Shown here: positions 38,305-47,142 of the stretch, piece by piece
Numbering within the stretch: position 1 is the first letter of the stretch
How the letters are laid out: every line of letters begins with the position of its first letter
NCBI GenBank assembly: GCA_963717505.1
Contig: OY970342.1
Location: forward strand, 1,440,001 to 1,504,000
Reading direction: 5' to 3'
Length of the DNA: 64,000 nt
From: Candidatus Eiseniibacteriota bacterium
GTDB taxonomy: Bacteria > Eisenbacteria > RBG-16-71-46
Program-made: the position numbers and the translations under genes
The notes under the pieces: model-generated
What the model saw: the letters and a program-made list of their open reading frames with translations, nothing else
Databases searched by the model: none
Told to the model about the DNA's origin: nothing

Positions 38305-39693
38305 ATGTCCGTCGCCCCGGCTCTTTCGACCTCTTCGGAGCACACGCCCAGCCTGCGGAAGCTGCTGCATCTCGCCTGGCCGGTGGTGCTCACGCGCTCG
38401 ACCCAATCGGTCATCGGTCTGTGTGACGCGCTCATGGTGGCCCGGCTCGGCGCCGACGCGCTGGCCGCGACCGCCACCGGGGCGCTCAACGCGTTCACCG
38501 TCGCGATCATTCCGTTCGGCATCGTGTTCATCGTGCAGAGCTTTGCCGCCCAGCTCGCCGGACGACGGGAGTACGCCGCCTCGCGTCGCTACGCGTGGTA
38601 CGGCCTCGCGGTCGGCATCGCCACCTCGGTGATTGCGATTGCCGTCACCCCGTTCGCCGGCTCGCTGATCAAGGTCTTCAATTTCCCGACGGCCGTGCAC
38701 CTCGGCATGACCGAGTACATGCAGTTCCGGTTGTGGTCGTTGGGCGCCTTCGTCGCGACCGAGTCGTTCGGCAACTGGTTCGCCGGGCTCGGCGACACGC
38801 GCGTGCCGATGCGCGCCAGCGTCGTGGCCATGGTCTCGAACATCGCGCTCAATTGGGTGCTGATCTTCGGCCACCTGGGCGCCCCGGCAATGGGCATCGC
38901 CGGAGCCGCACTGGCCAGCGGGCTGTCCAACTGCCTCGGCTTCGCGTACATCGCGGCCGCCTACCACGTCCGCCAACGCGAGCTGGCCGGCGACGAGCCG
39001 CTCGAGTTCCGGGGCCGTGAGTTCCTGCGCATGCTCCGCTTCGGCATTCCCAACGGTATCAACTGGTTCATGGAGATGGGCGCGTTCACGCTGTTCATCA
39101 ACGTGGTCGTCGGCACCCTCGGCACCCACGTGCTGGCCGCGATGAACGTGATCCTGCAGCTCAATTCGGTGTCGTTCATGCCGGCGTTCGGTCTGTCGTC
39201 GGCGGGTGCGATCCTGGTCGGGCAGGCGATCGGCGCCGGGGCGCGCGATCAGGTCGGGCGCATCGTATGGCTGACGCTGCGCGTCACGCTGGCCTGGCAG
39301 GGCGCGGTCGGGCTCCTCTACTTGTTCGCACCGCGGCTCCTGCTCTGGCCGTTCACCAGCGGCGTCGCCGACGGAGCGGCGGTTCTCGGGGTCGGCGCCT
39401 TGATGCTCGCGGTCAGTGCCGCGTGGCAAATCTTCGACGCGGTCGGAATAACCGTGGGCGAAGCCCTGCGCGCGGCCGGCGACACCGCCTGGTGCATGTG
39501 GGCGCGATTGGCCACGGCCTGGCTGCTGTTCGTGCCGCTGGGTTGGTGGGTGGTCGTGCGCGGCGACGGCGGACATGCCGGCGCCATGTGGTGCATCGTG
39601 TTCTACCTCGCGATTCTGGGCACGGCGTTCGCGCTGCGGTTCCGCAGCGGCGCCTGGCGCCGCATCGAGTTGATCGAGCCGGCGATCGTCTAG
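38305..39693 (+). CDS. MATE family efflux transporter
   Basis: LAWPVVL, D.LMVARLG..ALAA, GLGDTR.PM, N..LNW.LIFG.LG.P.MG..GAALA, ALR.AGDT. Confidence 0.92.
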   Translation: MSVAPALSTSSEHTPSLRKLLHLAWPVVLTRSTQSVIGLCDALMVARLGADALAATATGALNAFTVAIIPFGIVFIVQSFAAQLAGRREYAASRRYAWYGLAVGIATSVIAIAVTPFAGSLIKVFNFPTAVHLGMTEYMQFRLWSLGAFVATESFGNWFAGLGDTRVPMRASVVAMVSNIALNWVLIFGHLGAPAMGIAGAALASGLSNCLGFAYIAAAYHVRQRELAGDEPLEFRGREFLRMLRFGIPNGINWFMEMGAFTLFINVVVGTLGTHVLAAMNVILQLNSVSFMPAFGLSSAGAILVGQAIGAGARDQVGRIVWLTLRVTLAWQGAVGLLYLFAPRLLLWPFTSGVADGAAVLGVGALMLAVSAAWQIFDAVGITVGEALRAAGDTAWCMWARLATAWLLFVPLGWWVVVRGDGGHAGAMWCIVFYLAILGTAFALRFRSGAWRRIELIEPAIV

Positions 39694-39844
39694 CGCCGGC
39701 CCGGCATCGGGGACCGCTTGCCCGGCGCGGCGCGCTTCGGGCAAACTCCGACGCGCTCCTCCCGTCCTCGACACCGGTCGGTCCGCGCCGCGCGTCCCGG
39801 ATCAGTCCCGCGTTTCTTCCCTGGCGGACCAGGGGAGTCGTCCG

Positions 39845-40471
39845 ATGCTCCATCGGTCTCTGTGTCCGATCTTCGCCCTCGGGCTACTGGCCTTGGCGGC
39901 GGCACCGTCCGCATTGCACGCTGGCCAACCCCGAACCCACGACGGATTCTACCTGCGCATGTGTCTTGGCGGTGGCGCCGCCAATACCAAGATCGACGAC
40001 CCGGCGATGAAGATCGACATCGACGGCAGTGCAATGGACCTGGAGGTGGCGATCGGCGGCGTAATCGCCCCCAACCTCGCGATGCACGGCACGTTCTGGG
40101 GGCCGCTGATGACCGACCCCGACGCCACGATCGACATCCCCGGAGTTGGTCCCACCAGCGGCGTGCTCGAGGGCGACGTGGACTTCATCGCTGTCGGCGG
40201 CGGCCTGACCTACTACATCATGCCCATGAACCTGTACCTCTCGGGCTCGGCCGGCTTCGGCAGCATCAACTTCGACACGTCGGTGACGAACTACGACACC
40301 AACGATGGGTTGAGTCTCGAACTGGCCGTGGGCAAGGAATGGTGGGTGGGCAAGAGCTGGGGGCTGGGGCTGAGCGGGGGATTCACCTACCACTCGATTC
40401 CCGACGGCGGCGTCCCCGGCGACTGGACCGGCACCAGCTACGCCCTTCGTTTCTCGGCGACGCTGAACTAG
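39845..40471 (+). CDS. Putative small outer-membrane beta-barrel protein, copy 1
   Basis: Signal peptide; THDGFYLR, GGGLTYY.MP.N.YLSGS, GKEWWVG..WGLG, C-terminal FSATLN; alternating hydrophobic strands. Confidence 0.7.
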   Translation: MLHRSLCPIFALGLLALAAAPSALHAGQPRTHDGFYLRMCLGGGAANTKIDDPAMKIDIDGSAMDLEVAIGGVIAPNLAMHGTFWGPLMTDPDATIDIPGVGPTSGVLEGDVDFIAVGGGLTYYIMPMNLYLSGSAGFGSINFDTSVTNYDTNDGLSLELAVGKEWWVGKSWGLGLSGGFTYHSIPDGGVPGDWTGTSYALRFSATLN

Positions 40472-40608
40472 CCCGGCTCTTCCTTGCTCGCCGCATGGGA
40501 AAAAGCACAGAATCCCGCCCACATCCTGGCCTGCGGCACGCACGTCGGTCCGCGCCGCGTGGCAGGGTGCACCCACGACTTCCCCCGGACCGACAGAGGT
40601 CGCCATCA

Positions 40609-41244
40609 ATGTTCCGTCGGTTCGGGCAGTTGGCCGTTTCAGTGTTCACGCTCGCGATCCTGGCGTTTGTCGCTTCCCCCTCGACGACCTTCGCGGGAGA
40701 GCCCAAGACCCACGACGGCTTCTTCCTGCGACTGTCGACCGGACTCGGGTCCGCGAACACTGAGATCGATCATCCGTTGATGTCGGCAGACATCGACGGG
40801 TTAGCCACGGATGTGAACATCGCGATCGGGGGCATGGTGAGCCGCAACTTCGCGCTGCACGCGACGCTTTGGGGCTGGTCGTCGAGCGACCCGGATGCGG
40901 ACATCACGATCCCCGGCGTCGGCACCGCAAGCGGGTCGCTCGACGGGTCCGTGAACGTGGGCGCGTTTGGCGGCGGCGCCACCTACTACTTCATGCCCGT
41001 GAACATCTACCTTTCGGGATCCGTCGGAATGGGCACGCTGTCGGTGGATGGCGGCAACGCCGACGGCGAATCCGACAGCGGGATCGTGACGGACCTGACC
41101 CTGGGCAAGGAGTGGTGGGTGGGCGATTCCTGGGGCCTCGGCCTGGCCGGCGGCTTCTCGTATCACTCGCTGCCCGATGGCGGCATCGACGAGAACTGGT
41201 CGGGAATGAGCTACACAGCCCGCTTCAGCGCGACACTGAACTAG
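40609..41244 (+). CDS. Putative small outer-membrane beta-barrel protein, copy 2
   Basis: Signal peptide; same THDGFFLR / TYYFMPVNIYLSGS / GKEWWVG / FSATLN motifs. Confidence 0.7.
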   Translation: MFRRFGQLAVSVFTLAILAFVASPSTTFAGEPKTHDGFFLRLSTGLGSANTEIDHPLMSADIDGLATDVNIAIGGMVSRNFALHATLWGWSSSDPDADITIPGVGTASGSLDGSVNVGAFGGGATYYFMPVNIYLSGSVGMGTLSVDGGNADGESDSGIVTDLTLGKEWWVGDSWGLGLAGGFSYHSLPDGGIDENWSGMSYTARFSATLN

Positions 41245-42649
41245 GTTGCCTGCTTCGCCACCAGGCGTAAGCGGGCAGTCCGGCCGCGATCAGCACCAGG
41301 CCGAGCAGCGACTCCTTGGGTGCGACCACCAGCGTGCTGCCGGTGATCAGCAGCATGCCGAGCACGAACAGCGCGGGGACCAGGGGATAGCCCCACGCGC
41401 GATACGGGCGCTCCGCGTCGGGCCGGGTCGCGCGCAGACGGAACAGCGCGAGCCCGGTGGCGACGTGGAATAGCACGCCGCCGAACACCACGTAGGTGAA
41501 AAGCGCGGTGTAGCCGCCGGTGAGCGCCAGCGCCGCCGCCCACACTCCCTGGAGCCAGAGTGCGGCGACCGGCGTGTGATAGCGCGGGTGGATCGCTGCC
41601 ACCCGGCGGAAGAACACGCCGTCGGCCGCCATCGGCTGATAGATGCGCGATGAATAGAGAATGGTCGCCGCCAGACAGCCGAACGCCGAGATCGAAACCG
41701 CGGCCGCCACCAGTCGCGCCGCGCCCGCGCCGAACGTGGCCGCCGCACCTTCCGCGGCTCGCGACGTTGCCGCCAGCTTGTCGAGCGGCAGTGCTTTCAA
41801 ATACACCCAGTTGAGCGCCAGGTAGATGACGGTCACGATCACGAGGCCCGCGATCAGCCCGCGCGGCAACGAACGCGCCGGATCGCGCAGCTCGCCGGCG
41901 GCGAAGGTCGGCGAATACCAGCCGTCGAACGCCCACAACACCGCGACCAGGGCGACGCCGACCGCCACCACCATCTGCGAGAGCGTCATGGCTGGAAGTG
42001 GGACCGATTCCACCACCCCATTGCTGGTGAGCCCAAACCCGACCAGCGCCGCGATCGCGCCCAGCTTGATGAAGGTGAAGAAGTTCTGGACGCTGGCACC
42101 GCTGCGGACGCCGATCACGTTGGCCCAGGTCAGCAGCAGGATGGCGACCATCGCGGTGATCTGCGAGCCATGGACCTGCCACGCGCCCACCGACCACAGC
42201 ACGTGCTCGCTCGACAGCGCGGGCACGAAGGTTCCGAAGTAGTCGGCGAAGCCGACCGCGATCGCGGCGACGCCACCCGACATGATCACCAGCAGGCACG
42301 TCCAGCCGTAGAGGAACGCGGGCAGCGTGCCCCAGGCTTCGCGCAGGTAGTGGTAGGCGCCGCCCGCGCGCGGGTACATCGCCCCCATCTCGGCGAACGC
42401 GAGCGCTCCGGCCAGCGAGATCAGCCCACCGGCGAGCCAGGCGCCGAGTGCGAGCATCGGGTGCGGGAGCGCGCGCACCACGTCGCCGGCGGTCAGGAAG
42501 ATGCCGGTGCCGATGACGGCGCCGATGGTGAGCAGCGTGGCGTCGAGCGTGCCGAGGGCGCGTCGCAGGCCGGGTGAAGCGGCGTCGCGAACGTCGGGGC
42601 GTGAATTTGGCGCTAGGGCGCTGGCCGGGTCGCGAACCTGCTGGCTCAC
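41225..42649 (-). CDS. APC family amino acid permease
   Basis: IGAVIGTGIF, AEMGAMYPRAGG.Y.YL, WAFDGW, GEL.DP.RSLPR, RPYRAWGYP. Confidence 0.92.
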   Translation of the reverse strand: MSQQVRDPASALAPNSRPDVRDAASPGLRRALGTLDATLLTIGAVIGTGIFLTAGDVVRALPHPMLALGAWLAGGLISLAGALAFAEMGAMYPRAGGAYHYLREAWGTLPAFLYGWTCLLVIMSGGVAAIAVGFADYFGTFVPALSSEHVLWSVGAWQVHGSQITAMVAILLLTWANVIGVRSGASVQNFFTFIKLGAIAALVGFGLTSNGVVESVPLPAMTLSQMVVAVGVALVAVLWAFDGWYSPTFAAGELRDPARSLPRGLIAGLVIVTVIYLALNWVYLKALPLDKLAATSRAAEGAAATFGAGAARLVAAAVSISAFGCLAATILYSSRIYQPMAADGVFFRRVAAIHPRYHTPVAALWLQGVWAAALALTGGYTALFTYVVFGGVLFHVATGLALFRLRATRPDAERPYRAWGYPLVPALFVLGMLLITGSTLVVAPKESLLGLVLIAAGLPAYAWWRSRQPSSVSR

Positions 42650-42665
42650 GCGGCCGAACGTGTCT

Positions 42666-43520
42666 CTAGAAGACGTCGAGGCGCGGCGCGCGCGGGATCG
42701 CCCCGCTCGCCACGGCCTTGGCGTATAGATGGTCGAGCGCGCGGCGTCCGGTCTCGCCCATGTCGAGCGTGAGCTCGTTCACGTACATGTGCACGAACTT
42801 CCTGCCCTTCGCGACGTCGAGTCCACGACCGAACTGGAGCGCGTAGCGGATCGCATCGTCCTCGTGATCGTGCGCCGCTCGAATGCTGGCGCGAAAGCCG
42901 ACGCTCACCGCGTGCATCAGGTCCGGCCCGAGATCGCGACGGACGACGTCGAGACCGAGCGGCACCGGCAATTGGTCCCGCTCCCGCCACAGCTCGCCGA
43001 AGTCGAGCACCTTGGCCAACCCCTCGTCGCGATAGGTGAGCTGGCTCTCGTGAATGATGACCCCGGCTTCGACCTCGCCGCCGGCGACCGCGGCCGGAAT
43101 GCGATCGAACATTACCTCGACCGGGATCGCCTCGGGACACTCGGCGCGCAGCAGCAGCGCGGCGGTGGTCATCGGGCCGGGAATCGCCACCCGCTTGCCG
43201 CGCAGCGAGTCGAGCGTGCGCGGCTTGCGGGCGACCACGATCGGTCCGTAACCGAGTCCCATCGAAGCGCCGCATGCCAGCACCGCGTATTGCTCCGAAA
43301 GAAACGCGTAGGCGTGGGCCGAGACCGCAGTGATCTCGAGATCGGCGCGCTCGAGTGCCCGGCGATTCAGGCTCTGGATGTCCTCGAGCACGTGCTCGAC
43401 CGCGCAGCCCGGGATCGACGCGATTCCTGTCTGGAAGCCATAGAACATGTACGCGTCGTCGGCGTCGGGGCTATGGCCGAAACGCAGGGTGCGGAGCGCC
43501 GATGGACTGGTCGGAGTCAT
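42666..43520 (-). CDS. mqnD: 1,4-dihydroxy-6-naphthoate synthase (MqnA/MqnD/SBP family)
   Basis: GHSPDADDAYMFYG, DIQSLN, GASMG.GYGP, PG..TTA.LL, IIHE.QLTY, PVPLG, MYVN. Confidence 0.85.
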   Translation of the reverse strand: MTPTSPSALRTLRFGHSPDADDAYMFYGFQTGIASIPGCAVEHVLEDIQSLNRRALERADLEITAVSAHAYAFLSEQYAVLACGASMGLGYGPIVVARKPRTLDSLRGKRVAIPGPMTTAALLLRAECPEAIPVEVMFDRIPAAVAGGEVEAGVIIHESQLTYRDEGLAKVLDFGELWRERDQLPVPLGLDVVRRDLGPDLMHAVSVGFRASIRAAHDHEDDAIRYALQFGRGLDVAKGRKFVHMYVNELTLDMGETGRRALDHLYAKAVASGAIPRAPRLDVF

Positions 43521-43536
43521 GAGTCGGCAGGATAAC

Positions 43537-44658
43537 TCATGACGCCCGCGCGTCGGCGCGCTCGCCCGCGAGCCGCCAGATCAGCCCGCGCACGCCATCG
43601 AGCCCCTCGCCGGTCAGCGCCGACACCACCAGGCAGCCGTCGAACTCGGCGCGCAAGCCGTCGACCAGAGTCTCGTCGGCGATTCGGTCCACCTTGTTGA
43701 ACACCATGACCACCGGGCGCGGCGTCTCCAAGATCTCCTCGAGCGCTTTCTCGACCGCCGCGATCTGCCGGCGCCAGTCGGGATCGGCGACGTCGACTAC
43801 ATGGAGCAGGAGGTCGGCCTCGATCGCCTCGACCAGCGTGCTGTGGAACGACGCCACCAGATGATGCGGCAGCTTGCGAATGAATCCGACGGTGTCGGTG
43901 ACCAGCGCCACGCGTCGTTCGGGGCTCACCATCTGGCGCGTGGTGGCGTCGAGGGTTGCGAACAGGCGGTTCTCGACGAACACCTGCGAGCGGGTGAGCG
44001 CGTTGAACAGAGTGCTCTTGCCGGCGTTGGTGTAGCCGACCAGCGCCGCGCGAAACTCGCGGCGGCGGCGGCGACGCTGGGTCTCGCGCTCGCGCTCGAC
44101 CGCGGCCAGTGCCCGCTTGAGCCGGGCGATGCGTTCGCGCACCAACCGGCGGTCGGTTTCCAGCTGGGTTTCGCCCGGTCCGCGGGTGCCGATGCCGCCG
44201 GCCTGGCGCTCCAGGTGCTTCCACATGCCGGTCAGCCGCGGCAGCGTGTACTCGAGCTGCGCCAGCTCGACTTGTAATCTTGATTCACGCGTTCTTGCAC
44301 GCTTCGCAAATATGTCGAGAATCAACTCCGAGCGATCCACGATTTTTCGCGACGTGGCCTTCTCGAGGTTTCGCACCTGCGCGGGCGACAGGTCGTCGTC
44401 GAAGATCGCGACGTCGGCATCGTGATCGGTCGCGAGCTTCTTCAGTTCTTCGACCTTGCCCTTGCCGATGAACGTAGCTGCACTCACCGATCCACGCCGC
44501 TGCGCGACAGTGCCGAGCACCTGGGCCCCGGCGGTGTCGGCGAGCAGGGCCAGCTCGGCGAGCGAGCGGTCGAGCATTCCGTCCCGCGCCGCGTGGCCGA
44601 CCAGCACGGCGCGTTCGGCGCGCGGTGGATTCACAATCTCGAAGTGTTTGGCTTTCAT
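43537..44658 (-). CDS. hflX: GTPase HflX
   Basis: LILDIFAKRA, RGPGETQLE.DRR, GYTNAGKST, LFATLD, DTVGFI, NKVD. Confidence 0.95.
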   Translation of the reverse strand: MKAKHFEIVNPPRAERAVLVGHAARDGMLDRSLAELALLADTAGAQVLGTVAQRRGSVSAATFIGKGKVEELKKLATDHDADVAIFDDDLSPAQVRNLEKATSRKIVDRSELILDIFAKRARTRESRLQVELAQLEYTLPRLTGMWKHLERQAGGIGTRGPGETQLETDRRLVRERIARLKRALAAVERERETQRRRRRREFRAALVGYTNAGKSTLFNALTRSQVFVENRLFATLDATTRQMVSPERRVALVTDTVGFIRKLPHHLVASFHSTLVEAIEADLLLHVVDVADPDWRRQIAAVEKALEEILETPRPVVMVFNKVDRIADETLVDGLRAEFDGCLVVSALTGEGLDGVRGLIWRLAGERADARAS

Positions 44659-45869
44659 GCGCTGGGTCGGATCTCCATCTCGTAGGGCGCAGGGGTCATG
44701 TTCTCGTAGCGGCCGTCGGGGGTCATCGCCACCAGGTCCTCGATGCGCACGCCCATGCCGCGCGAGGGGTAGTAGAGCCCCGGTTCGATGGTCACCACCA
44801 TGCCCGGCTCGAGCCGCTGCGTATTGGCCGGCGGGCCGCCCAGGCGAGGTGCTTCGTGGACGTCGAGTCCGACGCCGTGGCCGACACTGTGGACATAGCC
44901 TTCTTCGGTACCCTGGTTGGTGCGAATCGTCGCGTGGCCGCGCAGCTCGAACACGTCGCACACCCGTTCCTGGAGCACGCGGCAGGGCTCGCCGACTTTG
45001 AGCGTGTCCATGGCGGCGGAGAACGCGGCGTGCGTGTCGTCGTACAGCTGCTTGAGTGCATCCGGTGCGCGTCCCATACAGAACGTGCGAGTGAAGTCGC
45101 TGTGGTAGCCGCCGCCGGCTTCGCCGGGGAAGATGTCGACGATTACCGGAGTCCCCGCGCGCAGCAGGTCTTTGTCGTTCCCACGGTTGTGCGGCACGCC
45201 GGCGTCACGCCCCTGGGCGACGATGCTCTCGCCGCCTTCGAGGCCATGTTTCAGGAACTCCGAGTGCAGCAGCGAGCGCAACGAGCCGAGCGTCACAGGT
45301 CCGCCGCCGTTCTTGAAGTGTTCGCCCTCGGGCCGGAGCTGCGCCAGGTGCTCGGTCAGTCGCTTCCAGGCGGCGACCACGGCACTCGAGGCGTGGCGAA
45401 TTGCGGCCAGCTCGGCATCGTCCTTGGTGGTGCGCGCCACCGACAGCAGGTCGGGAACGCCACGATCGATCTCGATTCCCGGCACCCGCTGGGTCAGCTC
45501 GTGGAGCAAGCTCCACGCATAGGCGGCCTCGAGGTCGCCGAACACCGCGACCCGGCCCATCATCGACATCGTGCCGATCATCTCGGCCATCAGGTCGGCA
45601 TAGCCGCCCGCGTGTCCGAGCCGGTCCATGCGCTGCATCAGGCCATGCTGCGACAGCGTCGAGTACTCGCAGCCGATCTTGGCCGCGTCGTCGCGCTCCA
45701 TCGGGTCGACCACCATGTGGGCGCGGCCGCTCGCCGTGCGAAAGTAGATCCCGCGGTGGATCTTGCGCCCGGTGGCGTAGTACATCGCCGGGCAATAGCG
45801 GTCGTTGGCGAATACCACCATGCCCGCCAGGCCGCGTTGCTGCATGAGGGAATCGAGGTCGCGTCGCAC
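44655..45869 (-). CDS. Xaa-Pro aminopeptidase (M24 family)
   Basis: PH, VDIFP, YHSDFTRT, HSVGHGVGLDVHEAP, TIEPGLY, GVRIED. Confidence 0.92.
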   Translation of the reverse strand: MRRDLDSLMQQRGLAGMVVFANDRYCPAMYYATGRKIHRGIYFRTASGRAHMVVDPMERDDAAKIGCEYSTLSQHGLMQRMDRLGHAGGYADLMAEMIGTMSMMGRVAVFGDLEAAYAWSLLHELTQRVPGIEIDRGVPDLLSVARTTKDDAELAAIRHASSAVVAAWKRLTEHLAQLRPEGEHFKNGGGPVTLGSLRSLLHSEFLKHGLEGGESIVAQGRDAGVPHNRGNDKDLLRAGTPVIVDIFPGEAGGGYHSDFTRTFCMGRAPDALKQLYDDTHAAFSAAMDTLKVGEPCRVLQERVCDVFELRGHATIRTNQGTEEGYVHSVGHGVGLDVHEAPRLGGPPANTQRLEPGMVVTIEPGLYYPSRGMGVRIEDLVAMTPDGRYENMTPAPYEMEIRPSA

Positions 45870-45936
45870 GGGAGGGTCTCCGGGGGATCGAGTGGGGTGG
45901 GAGGACGGCGATGCTAGCCCACGGTCGATGAGATCG

Positions 45937-46620
45937 CTACCGAGACCCCGGTCGGCCTCGCGGCACGAAGAGCATCATTCCCAGATAGCCGAACGCGAAG
46001 CCCCCGATGTGCGCCCACCACGCCACGCCGCCGACGCGAGACCACGCCAGGGCGAGCGCCCCGCTGAAGAACTGGATCACGAACCACAGACCGAGCACGA
46101 CGATCGCAGGGAGTGCCGTGACCTGGAAGAAGGGGAAGAACGGGATCAGCGTGATCACGCGGGCGCGGGGGAACGCACGCATGTAGGCGCCGAGCACGCC
46201 GGCGATCGCGCCACTCGCGCCCACGGTGGGCGCCCCCGAACCCGGGTGCGCCGCAAAGTGCACCAGCACCGAGGCGATCCCGGCGGCGAGATAGAACGCG
46301 ATGTATCGGCCGCGGCCCAGGCGATCCTCGATGTTGTCGCCGAAGATCCACAGGTACCACATGTTGCCGGCGAGATGCGCCCAGCCGCCGTGCAGGAACA
46401 TCGACGAGAACAGCGTGGCGAGGACCGGCGGCAGCGGCTCTGCGCCGGCGCCGACGGCGTTGGCGAGCCGCAGCGGGACGAACCCCCAGTTCATGATGAA
46501 CGCGCGCAGGTCGGGGCCGAGCAGGATTTCGTAGAGGAAGGCCGCGACGTTGATCGCAATCAGGACCCAGGTCGCGATCGGGGTCGAGCCCGAAGGGTTT
46601 TCGTCGCGCAGCGGGATCAT
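45937..46620 (-). CDS. Rhomboid family intramembrane serine protease
   Basis: MIPLRD.NP, SMFLHGG..HL.GNM.YLWIFGDNIED, GASGAI, VAWWAHIGGF. Confidence 0.93.
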   Translation of the reverse strand: MIPLRDENPSGSTPIATWVLIAINVAAFLYEILLGPDLRAFIMNWGFVPLRLANAVGAGAEPLPPVLATLFSSMFLHGGWAHLAGNMWYLWIFGDNIEDRLGRGRYIAFYLAAGIASVLVHFAAHPGSGAPTVGASGAIAGVLGAYMRAFPRARVITLIPFFPFFQVTALPAIVVLGLWFVIQFFSGALALAWSRVGGVAWWAHIGGFAFGYLGMMLFVPRGRPGSR

Positions 46621-46818
46621 GGCGCCTCGGAGGAGCCTGGGTCCGATGCCCCGAGCCTGAGCCTGCCTGGTTTGGTCCAGGCTTCCGGAGTTTGACCGGC
46701 CCTGGACAGATTCCTATCTTCGGCGGGCTCGCAATTCGACCTTGGATCGATCGCTCCGCAGATGGCATCGGAAGGTGCGCTCAATTCCGCCAGTTTTCCA
46801 AGCAAGGGGGTTTTTCCC

Positions 46819-47142
46819 ATGGGTAATGCCGTCGCCATCAGCGAACGCGACTTCGATACCACTGTTCTCAAGTCCCCCGTGCCAGTCCTGGTGGATTTCT
46901 GGGCAGTGTGGTGCGGCCCGTGCCGCATGGTCGCCCCGGCCCTCGAAGAGATCGCCACCGAATACGCCGGACGGCTCAAGGTGGTCAAGATCGACGTCGA
47001 CGAGAACCAGGACGTCTCCATGCGCTACGACGTCCGCAGCATTCCGACGCTGATCCTGTTCAAGGGTGGCGAAGTGGCGGAGCGCCTGATGGGCGCCTAC
47101 CCCAAGCAGGCGATCCTGGCGAAGGTCCAGCAGCACCTGTAG
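46819..47142 (+). CDS. trxA: Thioredoxin
   Basis: VLVDFWAVWCGPCRM, SIPTL. Confidence 0.95.
   Translation: MGNAVAISERDFDTTVLKSPVPVLVDFWAVWCGPCRMVAPALEEIATEYAGRLKVVKIDVDENQDVSMRYDVRSIPTLILFKGGEVAERLMGAYPKQAILAKVQQHL

Noticed and set aside
39718-41244. 508-aa ORF spanning both barrel genes
   Set aside because: The first ~300 codons are an off-frame reading of copy 1; copy 2 has its own start and signal peptide at 40609.
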